DNA of 43,735 nt from Methanosarcinales archaeon (GTDB lineage: Archaea > Halobacteriota > Methanosarcinia > Methanosarcinales > Methanogasteraceae), in assembly GCA_030625165.1 (NCBI GenBank), contig DAOURL010000001.1, positions 1 to 43,735 on the forward strand, read 5' to 3'. Both the position numbers and the translations under genes were made by a program. Below are positions 29,697 through 39,951 of this stretch, piece after piece. How positions within the stretch are numbered: the stretch's first letter is position 1; each line of letters begins with the position of its first letter. The notes beneath the pieces were generated by a model. It saw only the letters and a list, made by a program, of their open reading frames with translations, had not been told where the DNA came from and ran no database searches.

Positions 29697-30020
29697 TCAT
29701 TTGCCGACCACCGCCCAGTGCCCGCCCTTTGCCAGACCGATTCTTGTAATAATGTTGTTCTTTTTCAATTTCGCAATCTGCATCTCAATTGCCCGTGATG
29801 ATACGCCAAGCTTTTCTGCAATCTCTTTTGCACTGATCGATGGATTTTCTTTTACAAGCAGAATGATTTTCTCCGAAGTTTTCTCCGAAGTTTTCTCCGA
29901 AGTATCCTGCCCGACAACTGTTCCATCGTTCTTTATCCCGAAATCTGATGTGGATTTCTTTAGCTCCAGTATTTCATTTTCTTCAAAATCCACGTTTGAA
30001 TCCATATTTTGCTGCCTCAA
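29697..30020 (-). pseudogene. Internally deleted AlbA_2 (Schlafen-like)/wHTH regulator
   Basis: EENEILELKKS and FGIKNDGTVVG AlbA_2 pieces joined via (TSEK)3 to a wHTH with a RIGxxKGGHW tail. Confidence 0.6.
29868..29903. repeat. 12-bp tandem repeat x3 (encodes TSEK)
   Basis: TTTCTCCGAAGT repeated three times exactly. Confidence 0.9.
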
Positions 30021-30039
30021 GATATTCTAATCTGTTCCA

Positions 30040-30423
30040 TCATCTCGCTTCTATATCATAATTTCGCTTCAGTTCGTCAAGAAATCCCTTTTCCAGATAG
30101 ATCATAATGAAATATTCCTTTGAATCAACGTCTATCCCTCTTATCCCTATTTCAAGCATATCTCTGACAACCAATTCATCATATAAAATACCAAATAAAT
30201 TCATATTTTTTCTAAATATAATCACGAAATAATCTTTCGCAGTCTCATCGATCAAATTCAATACCGTTTTAAAATCCTTATCCGATTCGATTCTGGCAAA
30301 ACTAACATCGGTGTCTAACATGGTTACTTCAGTAAGGACTCCATTGTTATCTGCCCAACTCATGATGTTTCTGATATTTGTCAGACTATCATCTTTTAGT
30401 TTATAAAATACATCTCGTCTCAT
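30040..30423 (-). CDS. Hypothetical protein (AT-rich R-M cargo)
   Basis: 127-aa ORF from ATG 30423, just downstream of hsdM. Confidence 0.6.
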   Translation of the reverse strand: MRRDVFYKLKDDSLTNIRNIMSWADNNGVLTEVTMLDTDVSFARIESDKDFKTVLNLIDETAKDYFVIIFRKNMNLFGILYDELVVRDMLEIGIRGIDVDSKEYFIMIYLEKGFLDELKRNYDIEAR

Positions 30424-30481
30424 ATTATTTGCAACCGGTTTGTATTGTCTTTTCTCTCCCAATTTTAAATGGATTGTCAAA

Positions 30482-32041
30482 TCAAAGTTCGTACCCAAGC
30501 CCTGCGAGATTCTTCCGTATCTCGCCCTCAAGCCCATCCGAACTCTCAAACTGCCTGGAAAGTTCCGCAGTAAGCCGTTTCATCTTCTTATCAAATGGCT
30601 CGCCATCATCCTCAACCTCCTCTGCGCCCACGTACCACCCCGGAGTCAAGATATGTCCATGTTTCCGGATCTCATCAAGCTCACCCGTCCTGCAGAATCC
30701 TGGCACGTCTTCATAGTCTCCGTATCCCCCACCTTCCCCGCGCCATGTGTGATATGTGGACGCTATCCTCCCGACCTCCGCATCGGTAAGCTCCTTGTGC
30801 CTCCGGTCAACCATAACGCCCATCTTCCGGGCATCGATAAACAGAACTTCGCCACTCCTATCCCGGAACCTGTGGTTCTTCTTGTCCCGCGTAACAAACC
30901 AGAGGCACGCAGGGATCTGGGTGTTGTAGAACAACTGACCCGGCAGGGCAACCATACAGTCAACCAGATCAGCCTCGACAATCTTTTTCCGAATCTCTCC
31001 TTCTCCGCCAGTGTTAGAAGACATGGATCCGTTAGCCAGCACAAATCCGGTTATTCCTGTTGGCGATAAGTGGTAGATAAAATGCTCTACCCATGCAAAA
31101 TTGGCGTTTCCTGTAGGCGGGACTCCATATTTCCACCGTATATCGTCTCGCAGAAGTTCGCCTTTCCAATCGCTGTCATTAAAAGGCGGATTGGCAAGAA
31201 TGAAATCTGCTTTCAAATCTTTGTGTGCATCGTTTAAGAAACTGCCAACATTATTCCACTGTACATTCGCATCGATCCCGCGAATCGCAAGGTTCATCTT
31301 GCAGAGCCGCCACGTTGTCTGGTTTGATTCCTGCCCGTAGACCGAGATATCGCCAATTCTTCCGCCATGCGCCTTTACGAATTTCTCACTCTGAACAAAC
31401 ATGCCGCCTGAACCGCAGCAGGGGTCAAAGACCCTGCCCTTGTATGGCTCGATCATCTCGACAAGAACCTTAACAATCGATCGGGGGGTGTAGAACTGCC
31501 CGCCCTTCTTCCCTTCCGCATCTGCGAACTGTCCGAGGAAGTATTCATAAACCCGCCTCAGGATGTCCTTTGATCTACTCTCATAATCCCCAAGACCAAT
31601 CGTGCCGATGAGGTCGATCAGCTCCCCAAGCCTCTGTTTATCAAGGGCTGGTCTCGCATAATTTTTAGGTAGAACGCCTTTTAAGATGGGATTGTCCTTT
31701 TCGACTGCATCCATCGCATCATCGATCAGTTTGCCGATATCAGGTTGTTTCGCAGCGTTCTGGAGGTGATTCCATCGTGCCTCCTTTGGAACCCAGAAGA
31801 CATTCTCTGCCCGGTATTCGTCAGGGTCTTCCGGGTCGGCTCCGGCAGCAGAGTCTCTGATCAAAAAGACATGCTGTTCTTTAAAAGCGTCTGATATATA
31901 TTTAAGAAATATTAAACCGAGAACAACATGCTTGTATTCGGCAGCATCCATGTTGTTTCTCAGTTTATCTGCCGCCTGCCAGAGTTTCTCTTCAAAACCA
32001 AGATTTGCCCCGTTTGAACGCTTATCCTTAATTTTAACCAT
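30482..32041 (-). CDS. hsdM: Type I R-M methyltransferase subunit HsdM
   Basis: [28 protein letters not shown]. Confidence 0.93.
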   Translation of the reverse strand: MVKIKDKRSNGANLGFEEKLWQAADKLRNNMDAAEYKHVVLGLIFLKYISDAFKEQHVFLIRDSAAGADPEDPDEYRAENVFWVPKEARWNHLQNAAKQPDIGKLIDDAMDAVEKDNPILKGVLPKNYARPALDKQRLGELIDLIGTIGLGDYESRSKDILRRVYEYFLGQFADAEGKKGGQFYTPRSIVKVLVEMIEPYKGRVFDPCCGSGGMFVQSEKFVKAHGGRIGDISVYGQESNQTTWRLCKMNLAIRGIDANVQWNNVGSFLNDAHKDLKADFILANPPFNDSDWKGELLRDDIRWKYGVPPTGNANFAWVEHFIYHLSPTGITGFVLANGSMSSNTGGEGEIRKKIVEADLVDCMVALPGQLFYNTQIPACLWFVTRDKKNHRFRDRSGEVLFIDARKMGVMVDRRHKELTDAEVGRIASTYHTWRGEGGGYGDYEDVPGFCRTGELDEIRKHGHILTPGWYVGAEEVEDDGEPFDKKMKRLTAELSRQFESSDGLEGEIRKNLAGLGYEL

Positions 32042-32159
32042 CTTTACACCGTGGTACCGTACGTTTTAGTCTCTCGTGCTTGCACAAATATAGGTTGTGG
32101 TTGCTTCCGCGGACGATCCCACGATTACACAGTCTGCCTAAAAAGACGGCATATTCGGA

Positions 32160-33095
32160 TCACAGCGCATAGCCAACTGCACTCAAGCCCACATCCGCGA
32201 TCATCGCGGTAAAGATCACTGCCCGGTACCACGATGCCTGCAGGAACAACTGTCCACCCCTCTCTGGCAGAGGGTTTCGCATAAAATCCGCTGCCTGCAA
32301 AAGCATCCAGATTCCGGCAAAGATTGCTCCGATGAAGTAGATGCGTCCGAGACCCGCAGTATATCCGATGGCAAGCGAGAAGAGAACGCCGCAGACCCAA
32401 CACACCATCACAAACTTCGATGTCACTGGAACGCCGAAGGTCACAGGAAACGTCGGAGCACCACGGAGCCGGTCGCCCTCGACATCCCTTGCCACGCCAG
32501 ATAGCGTGAACCCCCAGTCCGTAACACAGATCATTGCGCCGAAGAATATTGCAGTAAGCGGCAGCAGCACACCATCGTCGGGCGCGTACGAGTGCACCAA
32601 GCCGAGATCCAGCACTCCGGCAGGATCGAATGCGAGCCACACCCCGATCGGCACGAGTCCGTACGCGAACCCGACCGGAAGAAAACTTAAGAAAGTGGCT
32701 CGTTTTGCGATGGCAGAGTATAAGCTGATCGCGAGGGTCGCGATGATGAGCGCCGCAAGGGATTCGGGATTTAAGTAAAGCGCAACCGCTGCCGCAACAA
32801 CGAAGAGAAGAAAAGCGTACAAAAGCCCCTGACACCGTGTGACACGCTCGGAAGCGAGAGGGCGGTCTGGCAGGTTGATCTTATCGATGTCGATGTCGCA
32901 GCAGTCATTGAAGACATACGTGCTGGTGATTGCGCAGTATCCGCCGATGACAGCCAGTACGAATGGGAAAAGAGGTGGGAGACCTCCTGTCAGCAGATAA
33001 GTGGCGAGAAGTGCGCTTGCTGCCGGAAGCGCAAGATCCATCGCAGCGATTTCGGGTCTGAGCAGTTTGATGTATGCACCGGTTCGTGATGCCAT
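32160..33095 (-). CDS. UbiA-family prenyltransferase
   Basis: NDCCDIDIDKINLPDRP and RDVEGD Asp-rich motifs; multiple TM helices. Confidence 0.88.
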   Translation of the reverse strand: MASRTGAYIKLLRPEIAAMDLALPAASALLATYLLTGGLPPLFPFVLAVIGGYCAITSTYVFNDCCDIDIDKINLPDRPLASERVTRCQGLLYAFLLFVVAAAVALYLNPESLAALIIATLAISLYSAIAKRATFLSFLPVGFAYGLVPIGVWLAFDPAGVLDLGLVHSYAPDDGVLLPLTAIFFGAMICVTDWGFTLSGVARDVEGDRLRGAPTFPVTFGVPVTSKFVMVCWVCGVLFSLAIGYTAGLGRIYFIGAIFAGIWMLLQAADFMRNPLPERGGQLFLQASWYRAVIFTAMIADVGLSAVGYAL

Positions 33096-33103
33096 GCTCA
33101 CAC

Positions 33104-34153
33104 TCACAGCACCAGTCTGCTCCGGATCACCTCATCAGAGAGCCCTGCCTCCCTGCCGCGCACGATCATCCTGATGTTGTTGACCTCATTTTTCTTGGAG
33201 AGGATGTAATCCATGATCGGGACGATCGACAGCGGGTAGTAGTGCGAGGTTCGTGCAGCGTATTCGAGCCAGTACTTCTCAAGACCGATCTCAACGCCGA
33301 TCAACGAGTCCATATCCTCAGTCACTATGCTTGAGAGGTGCTCCTCCCAGTACGGATAATCCCGAAGCGATGTTGTGAATTCATTGAAAGGCAGTCCGGT
33401 CAGTTTGATAAGCGCAATCATGTTCAGCTTAAGCCCGCCCGGAATCAGCATATCGATGATCCGCTCCCGCTCAACCCCTGCCTTTGCAGACCGGAAGAGC
33501 GTCTTTAGATTCTTCATATCGACCTCTGTCCGGATCATCTCTGAAAATATCCGGTGGCTCTTCGTCTTTGGCTTGCGCACAGCTTCGATCTCGGTTAATT
33601 TTTCGTAGTAGAATTTGTCAAGCACATTCTCGAAGTGATCCAGTTCTTCTTCCGAATATCCCTCGAGCGGATAGTTATGCCTTAACATTTCAGTGATCTC
33701 TGGCACATCCTTCTGTACGATCGTCATCAGATCGTGATAGCCAAACTGCCCTGCTGAGACCACGGATTCGAGGATTTCCTCATCGGTCGCCCCATATTTC
33801 TTACCCCTGAGGATGGTCTTGATGTTCCAGACATCCCACCATCTGAGATACTCGGAGATCAGTTGGTGCGACTCTCCTGCCGATATGGTGAGCAGTTTTC
33901 GATATGTCAGCGCAAGATTCTGGTTCAGGGCATGTTCAATCAGATTGACGCCGTCGTATCTCTGCACAAGTTCGTCAACATCTGCCTTGTACTCGGAGTC
34001 CTCGATGAATCTTGTGATCTCTGCGACCTCCATCTTCATCAGTCTCGGATAAACCTCTTTCGGCAGCAGCTTGCTCTTCATCGCTCGCACTCTTGCGCAT
34101 AGGTACGCGTAACTTTTAGTGCCCTGTTTCCGTTTCCACGGTGTCTTCAGCAT
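33104..34153 (-). CDS. atpC: A/V-type ATP synthase subunit C (orphan)
   Basis: YAYLCARVRAMKSKLL, WDVWNIKTILRGK, EVDMKNLKTLFR, KKNEVNNIRMIVRG. Confidence 0.88.
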   Translation of the reverse strand: MLKTPWKRKQGTKSYAYLCARVRAMKSKLLPKEVYPRLMKMEVAEITRFIEDSEYKADVDELVQRYDGVNLIEHALNQNLALTYRKLLTISAGESHQLISEYLRWWDVWNIKTILRGKKYGATDEEILESVVSAGQFGYHDLMTIVQKDVPEITEMLRHNYPLEGYSEEELDHFENVLDKFYYEKLTEIEAVRKPKTKSHRIFSEMIRTEVDMKNLKTLFRSAKAGVERERIIDMLIPGGLKLNMIALIKLTGLPFNEFTTSLRDYPYWEEHLSSIVTEDMDSLIGVEIGLEKYWLEYAARTSHYYPLSIVPIMDYILSKKNEVNNIRMIVRGREAGLSDEVIRSRLVL

Positions 34154-34316
34154 ATATTCACCTGTGTGCCTACAAATGATTTCGGATCGATATATATCTT
34201 TCGATTTACCGGGGCTGCCCCGAGACGTTGCTGTTGTTGTTGCTGTCGGTACTTCGGTTAGTGCTCACCGAAAAATAAAGTAGCAAAAGTTTATGATGAC
34301 ATTCCACATCCCTGAC

Positions 34317-34432
34317 ATTCGTGCGATTCGTTTATTCGTGCCATTCGTGACCCCTTGCCAATTTTATGCCTTTGGCGCTGCTCGCTACGCTCACAGTCAC
34401 GAATTACGCGTTTGGGCGAATGACACGAATTT
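34317..34432. repeat. CACGAAT/ATTCGTG palindromic intergenic repeat
   Basis: 34361-34405 matches the reverse complement of 38709-38753 at 44 of 45 positions; arrays of ATTCGTG/CACGAAT. Confidence 0.75.
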
Positions 34433-34459
34433 TAACATATTATTTTCTGGCAAGTCCTG

Positions 34460-36451
34460 TCACGCAACCGCGGTTCCAGCCGGAACCTCGCGCTCTGGCA
34501 TGAGCAGGATTGCGCCGTCAGAGTCGCCTGCAAGGATCATGCCTCGTGATTCGACGCCGAATAACTTTGCTGGCTGCATGTTTGCAAGCACCACAACCTG
34601 CCTTCCAACCAGATCATCAGGGTTATGAGTCTCTGCGATTCCGGCAACGATCTGCCGATCCCGATTCTCGCCAAGATCGACGAGCAGTCTCAAAAGTTTC
34701 TTCGATTTCTTGATAGGTTCGGCGGAAACGATCGTGCCGATGCGGATGTCCAGTTCTGAGAACTCTTCGAAAGTGACGTGTTTCTTCTTTACTGCCTTGC
34801 TGACCCGTTCCTCGAGAATCTCTTCCATCTCCTGTATCGCTCTGTCCTCGATCTTTGCAAAGAGCATCGCTGGCTTTGGTATCGGCTGCCCGACCGCAAT
34901 CTCTACTGTCGCTTTATCATACGAAGCACCATCAAGCCCCGCGTCCATGCCGACCTGAGCCCATGCGGCAGATGCTGTCACCGGCATCACCGGCTCAAAG
35001 AGTACAGCAAGGGCTTTTACGATCTGGAGGCAGTTCCTGACAACCTTCCCTGCACCCGAAGCGTCCGTCTTTATCAGTTGCCACGGCTCGTTTGACTGGA
35101 AATAGACATTGCCAAACGCGGCAAGGTTCATCGCAGCATCGATGCCGCGTTTGAACTCGTATTCATTAAACGCTGCGATCACAGCATCCCTTGCATCCCC
35201 GATTTTCTCCATGACCTCCGGATCGATATCCCCTTCAGGAACCGTTCCAAAGTTCTTGTGCGCGAAGAGCAGTGTGCGGTAGACGAAATTGCCAAGCGTC
35301 CCAACGAGTTCGTTGTTCACCTTCTCCTGAAAAACCTTCCACGAGAAGTTCAGTTCCTTCGTGTGCGAGGTGTAGCTTGCAAGATAGTACCGCAGCAGGT
35401 CGGGATGGAATCCCTTGTCGAGATAATCGTCATTTACCCAGACAACGTACCCACGGCTCTTCGAGAACGTCTTATCCCCTATCTTGACCATTCCTGATGC
35501 GACAACCGCTCTTGGAAGCGTGTATCCTGCGCCTTTGAGGAGTGCGGGCCAGAAGATGCAGTGGTGGTAGATGATGTCTCCGCCGATGAAATGTATGATA
35601 TCGGTATCTCCGCCCGGGTTCATCCAGTATTTCTTCCAGTCAACCCCGTGCTCGTCTGCCCACTCCTCTGTAAACGAGATATAGCCGATCGGCGCGTCCA
35701 CCCAGACATAGACCACCAGATTCTCGTGATCAGGAAACGGGACACCCCATTCGAGATTTCTCGTGATGCACCAGTCATGCAGTTCCTTATTGACCCATCC
35801 CAAGGCATAATTCCTTGCATTCGATGTTCCGCCAAGTTTGTCAAGATAATCCGAAAGAAAACCTTTAAATTCTGATAATCTGAAAAAGAAGTGCTCCTGC
35901 ACCCGGTATTCTGCTCTGCTCCTGCATATCTTACATAGCGGCTCAAGAATCTCCCCGGGCTCAAGATGCTTGCCGCAACCCTGATCGCACTCATCGCCCC
36001 GCGCCACAGCGCCGCAGTCAGGACAGACACCTTCGACATACCTGTCAGGTAAAAATCGATCGCACGTCGGGCAGTATGCGAGTTCGATACTCTGCGAAAA
36101 GACATAACCATTCGCAATCAGCGTATTCACGATCTCGGTGGTGCGGTTGTGGTTCGTGTCGGATTCAGTGTTTCCGAATTTGTCGAATATGATATTTAGT
36201 GACTTGAAGGTCTCATCAAAATGATCGTGATACTTTTGTACAAGTTCTGCCGGCGTCACGCCGAGTTCCTCTGCATTGATTACGATCGGTGTGCCATGCG
36301 CATCGGATCCGCATACAAACGTCGTATCCTTCCCCTGTTTCCGAAGCGACCGCACGAACAGGTCGGCTGGGATATACGTCCTGAGATGCCCGATATGCGC
36401 GGGTCCGTTCGCATACGGCAGTCCGCATGTGACGAGTGTTCTTCTCTGCAT
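34460..36451 (-). CDS. metG: Methionyl-tRNA synthetase
   Basis: [12 protein letters not shown], zinc knuckles, [15 protein letters not shown]-terminal Trbp111-like domain. Confidence 0.97.
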   Translation of the reverse strand: MQRRTLVTCGLPYANGPAHIGHLRTYIPADLFVRSLRKQGKDTTFVCGSDAHGTPIVINAEELGVTPAELVQKYHDHFDETFKSLNIIFDKFGNTESDTNHNRTTEIVNTLIANGYVFSQSIELAYCPTCDRFLPDRYVEGVCPDCGAVARGDECDQGCGKHLEPGEILEPLCKICRSRAEYRVQEHFFFRLSEFKGFLSDYLDKLGGTSNARNYALGWVNKELHDWCITRNLEWGVPFPDHENLVVYVWVDAPIGYISFTEEWADEHGVDWKKYWMNPGGDTDIIHFIGGDIIYHHCIFWPALLKGAGYTLPRAVVASGMVKIGDKTFSKSRGYVVWVNDDYLDKGFHPDLLRYYLASYTSHTKELNFSWKVFQEKVNNELVGTLGNFVYRTLLFAHKNFGTVPEGDIDPEVMEKIGDARDAVIAAFNEYEFKRGIDAAMNLAAFGNVYFQSNEPWQLIKTDASGAGKVVRNCLQIVKALAVLFEPVMPVTASAAWAQVGMDAGLDGASYDKATVEIAVGQPIPKPAMLFAKIEDRAIQEMEEILEERVSKAVKKKHVTFEEFSELDIRIGTIVSAEPIKKSKKLLRLLVDLGENRDRQIVAGIAETHNPDDLVGRQVVVLANMQPAKLFGVESRGMILAGDSDGAILLMPEREVPAGTAVA

Positions 36452-36487
36452 CGAGTACTGGTTTTTGGATGTTGGGTGATATATTCC

Positions 36488-37510
36488 TTATGGTCGTGCC
36501 TTGACGCGGCGTGCAAGCGGCGCGCCATACGACACATCCTCAAGTTCCACCGCCTTCTGCCACAGATGCACGCAGTCGCACACAATCTCGGGATTCTCGA
36601 GATCGGAGATATCCTGCGAAAGCGAGAACCGGTTGATCGCGCCAGCGGCGGTACGATCGCATCTGCCGCAGTTGTGAGGTCCGTACCTCGAACCCGCGCC
36701 GACCGGATCGGACGTGATGATCAGGTCAGGATTCCCCCTCTTCGCGTCCCGAAGCACCGCTATCGCACTCCAGAGCCATGGCGGGCGGTACTCGCCGCGT
36801 CTTTGGAGTTTCGCAACAAACGTCCCTCTCTGGACGTTGCAGAGGTTGATCGAGACAGTCTCTGAATATCCTGACACATCGCGCACTGACCTGACCATGT
36901 CCCGGATCGCAGCGCCTTCGGACAGGAACGGCGGCTTTAGAAGCAGATATGCCTTGACAGTCGCATCATACTGGTGTGCGATCTCGCTTGCACGGATAAA
37001 ATCCTCAAACAAGAATCCTTTGTTGATGCAGGCATCTCTGATCTCATCGCTGCTCGTCTCGACCCCGATCGCAATCTCAAAGTCCTTCTGGATTCTCTCT
37101 TTGCAGAAAGCAACTGTCTTTTGTGTCACGAATTCGGGTCTCGTCTCGATTAGCACCTTTGAAACATCGGAATCGCTGTCAAGTTCCTCAAGAATCATTG
37201 ATCTCACTTCAAGCGGCACTTCGGATGCATCCAGAAAACTGCCTGATGTGAATATCTTCACCATGAACTTCCCATCCGGGCGGCGGGCAAGCGCATCACG
37301 GAACTGCGCGACCAAATCATCAGGCGACGGCGGCACGGTTGCGCTGTCGCTTGCAAAACCGCACATCGTGCATTCCTCCCCGCCCCGGCTCCGGTAGCAG
37401 CCATACGTCCGGAGGATCATGGTCAGCGATGGGATCACGCCATCCGGTAGCCGATCCGTCGAAGTCCATGCAGCAACCGGCTTATCCGGCGAATGTACTT
37501 TCTTTTTCAT
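36488..37510 (-). CDS. Archaeosine biosynthesis radical SAM protein RaSEA (TIGR01210-like)
   Basis: GC..R....CTMCG, KIFTSGSFLD, ETRPEF, KAYLLLKPPFLSE, YRPPWLWS, GPHNCG. Confidence 0.88.
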   Translation of the reverse strand: MKKKVHSPDKPVAAWTSTDRLPDGVIPSLTMILRTYGCYRSRGGEECTMCGFASDSATVPPSPDDLVAQFRDALARRPDGKFMVKIFTSGSFLDASEVPLEVRSMILEELDSDSDVSKVLIETRPEFVTQKTVAFCKERIQKDFEIAIGVETSSDEIRDACINKGFLFEDFIRASEIAHQYDATVKAYLLLKPPFLSEGAAIRDMVRSVRDVSGYSETVSINLCNVQRGTFVAKLQRRGEYRPPWLWSAIAVLRDAKRGNPDLIITSDPVGAGSRYGPHNCGRCDRTAAGAINRFSLSQDISDLENPEIVCDCVHLWQKAVELEDVSYGAPLARRVKARP

Positions 37511-37593
37511 CTGGTATATGATCAATGATAAGGTATATATCCCTTGATCCTCCAGATGTTACAAAATCGAACATGATAACATAGGTGAATTGC

Positions 37594-38211
37594 TTGGATG
37601 AAGAAAATAATGGACAAAATGAGATAACGTACGAGCCGATTGTGCCGCTCGAGGAGTATCTTGCTGCTGGAATCCATATCGGTACCCAGCAGAAGACCGG
37701 GGACATGCACCGGTTCATCTACCGGGTTCGCACCGATGGGCTGTATGTGCTTGACGTGGAGACGACCGATAAGCGCATCCGCGCAGCGTCCCAACTGCTG
37801 ACGCGATACCCGCCACAGAAGATCCTTGTCATATCGGCGCGTCAGTATGGGCAGCGTCCTTCAGCCGTATTTGCAAAAATTGCCGGCGCGGTCGCAATCA
37901 CGGGCAGGTTCGTGCCTGGCACGCTGACCAACCCGCAGTATGCTCGCTATATCGAACCTGAGATCATTGTGGCGACCGATCCGACCGGCGATGCACAGGC
38001 AATCGCAGAGGCGGTCAGCATCGGCATCCCGGTGATCGGGTTGTGCGATACCAACAACTCGACAGCGAATGTGGATCTGGTGATCCCGACCAATAACAAA
38101 GGAAGAAAATCGCTTGCAATGATATACTGGCTTCTGACAAAGGAGATGTTCACTATAAACGGCAAAGCGAACTTCAATTATACCATAGAGGACTTTGAAT
38201 CCGAGTTATGA
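37594..38211 (+). CDS. rps2: 30S ribosomal protein S2
   Basis: [45 protein letters not shown] before TTG 37594. Confidence 0.96.
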   Translation: MDEENNGQNEITYEPIVPLEEYLAAGIHIGTQQKTGDMHRFIYRVRTDGLYVLDVETTDKRIRAASQLLTRYPPQKILVISARQYGQRPSAVFAKIAGAVAITGRFVPGTLTNPQYARYIEPEIIVATDPTGDAQAIAEAVSIGIPVIGLCDTNNSTANVDLVIPTNNKGRKSLAMIYWLLTKEMFTINGKANFNYTIEDFESEL

Positions 38212-38680
38212 CAAAGGGATCTACACACTGATCCTGTGTTTGCGCGAAAGTGTCTCCCGGGAGGTGGGAAGACTTGGGATTTTACATCTTAAGTGTGGGT
38301 ATTATGCGTACACAGGATCAGCCCGCGGGTCGGGCGGCTTCAAACGGATCGACCGCCACCTGAATGTGCTATGCGGCAGGAATATGACCCGAAAGTGGCA
38401 CATCGATCACCTGCTGCCGATCACATCGTTCCGGTGCGCAGTGGCATCATCAACCGATCAGGATCTCGAATGCGCTGTCGCGAAGGGGATCGGTCTTGCA
38501 TGCGAACCAGTCCCGGGATTCGGCTGCACCGACTGCTCATGCGTATCACACCTGCATTTCGCTTCCGAGTACGAGGATCTGCTGGACACGGTCATGCAGG
38601 CACATCTCGATGCAGGACTCTCCCCCTCAAAACGAGTGGGATTGTCGCAGCAAGCTGTATCAGAAACTGGTACGGTATAG
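38195..38680 (+). CDS. GIY-YIG/DUF123 (Uri superfamily) nuclease-like protein
   Basis: [36 protein letters not shown]. Confidence 0.82.
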   Translation: MNPSYDKGIYTLILCLRESVSREVGRLGILHLKCGYYAYTGSARGSGGFKRIDRHLNVLCGRNMTRKWHIDHLLPITSFRCAVASSTDQDLECAVAKGIGLACEPVPGFGCTDCSCVSHLHFASEYEDLLDTVMQAHLDAGLSPSKRVGLSQQAVSETGTV

Positions 38681-38694
38681 GAATCCAGGTGTAG

Positions 38695-38790
38695 TCGTTT
38701 ATTCGTGAAATTCGTGACTGTGAGCGTAGCGAGCAGCGCCGAAGGCATAAAATCACGAATGCCGACAAATACCGCGAATTCCGCGAATTT
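38695..38790. repeat. CACGAAT/ATTCGTG palindromic intergenic repeat
   Basis: Inverted copy of 34361-34405; TCGTTTATTCGTGA is also shared (as its reverse complement) with the MITE A core; lies between convergent genes. Confidence 0.75.
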
Positions 38791-38844
38791 AACCGTTGCA
38801 AAGTCCATTAACTCCACTGAACAGTTCGAGTTGTACCGCTGCGA

Positions 38845-39801
38845 CTAATTCCGGCTCACCCCTTTAAGAATGCTGCTTGACTCCTCGACGCATCGGTTGA
38901 GTACTGCTCCGGAAGTTCCGACCACCTCCATCCCGGCAGCGCCAGCGTGTCCGCCACCAGAGCCTTGATACTCGAGACCGATGTCACGCATCAGTTCCCC
39001 GAGATTGATGCCGCATCTGATCGCATCCCGCTTTGCGCGTCCGCTCACCTTCGTTATCCCATCCCTCGCCGTTCCCACGAATGAGATGTCAGCACCGATG
39101 TTTGTAAGCGCAGTGGCAACGGCAGCCCCGAACGAATCCGACTCTGAGATGGCGAAGATCCAGTCATCGAGCTTCAGGATATTGGCACGGTTTGCTGATT
39201 CGAGTACAGTGGTACGCATCGAGATGTCCTGTGGCGTGCTCGCGAGCAGATCGAGAGCCTCGCTGTAACTGACCCCGCCTAAGTCTATGAGGTCGGCAAT
39301 CGCTCGAAACGAACCTGTTGTGGCATGTTTGAAATGTCCGGTATCTGTGATGATGCCGGTCATGAGCGCAAGCGCTGTGCGCTCCCTGATCGGAGCGTTC
39401 ATGCATTTCAGGACGTCGACGACGATCTCCGCAGTCGATCCGGCAAGCCTGTGCAGGTAGAAGCTTGCATCATCGATCAACTGGGATACCGAATGGTGGT
39501 CGATCACGCAGTAATCGCCGAGCACCAGATCGTTTAATTGCGACTGGGTCGATGTGTCCACAACCACCGTAAAATCGTAGTCGGACGGATCTGGCGCATA
39601 CACGACCTCGATCTCCAGTTGATCGACCAGCATGGAAGCTACCCTGCCGCAATAATCCGCAACACCCACCGTGCCGCCGAAAGACTCGGCAAGCGCGAAC
39701 GCACTCGATACCGCATCCGGGTCGGCATTGCGGTGACCGAGAAAGAGGACGTTTTGGTAGTTTAACATCTGGTCATAGAATGTTATTTCATCGATGTTCA
39801 T
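38845..39801 (-). CDS. DHH-family phosphoesterase with DHHA1 domain
   Basis: HRNADPD, VVVD, IDHH, GIITDTG, GGGHAGAAG. Confidence 0.9.
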   Translation of the reverse strand: MNIDEITFYDQMLNYQNVLFLGHRNADPDAVSSAFALAESFGGTVGVADYCGRVASMLVDQLEIEVVYAPDPSDYDFTVVVDTSTQSQLNDLVLGDYCVIDHHSVSQLIDDASFYLHRLAGSTAEIVVDVLKCMNAPIRERTALALMTGIITDTGHFKHATTGSFRAIADLIDLGGVSYSEALDLLASTPQDISMRTTVLESANRANILKLDDWIFAISESDSFGAAVATALTNIGADISFVGTARDGITKVSGRAKRDAIRCGINLGELMRDIGLEYQGSGGGHAGAAGMEVVGTSGAVLNRCVEESSSILKGVSRN

Positions 39802-39951
39802 GATATGTGAGATGCGGTCAGAGTTCAAAAGTTTGATGTGGCTACCGGGGGTAAGTTTTGTGGGCAGGTGAGATTATTCCGGAACTTGAGTATAACTCCG
39901 CATCCCGCCCCCATCAAAAACTTAATGTGCCGCGTGCACCATCTCGGTTAT

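Noticed and set aside
34226..34250. GTT/GCT trinucleotide run
   Set aside because: Short low-complexity tract with no evidence of function.
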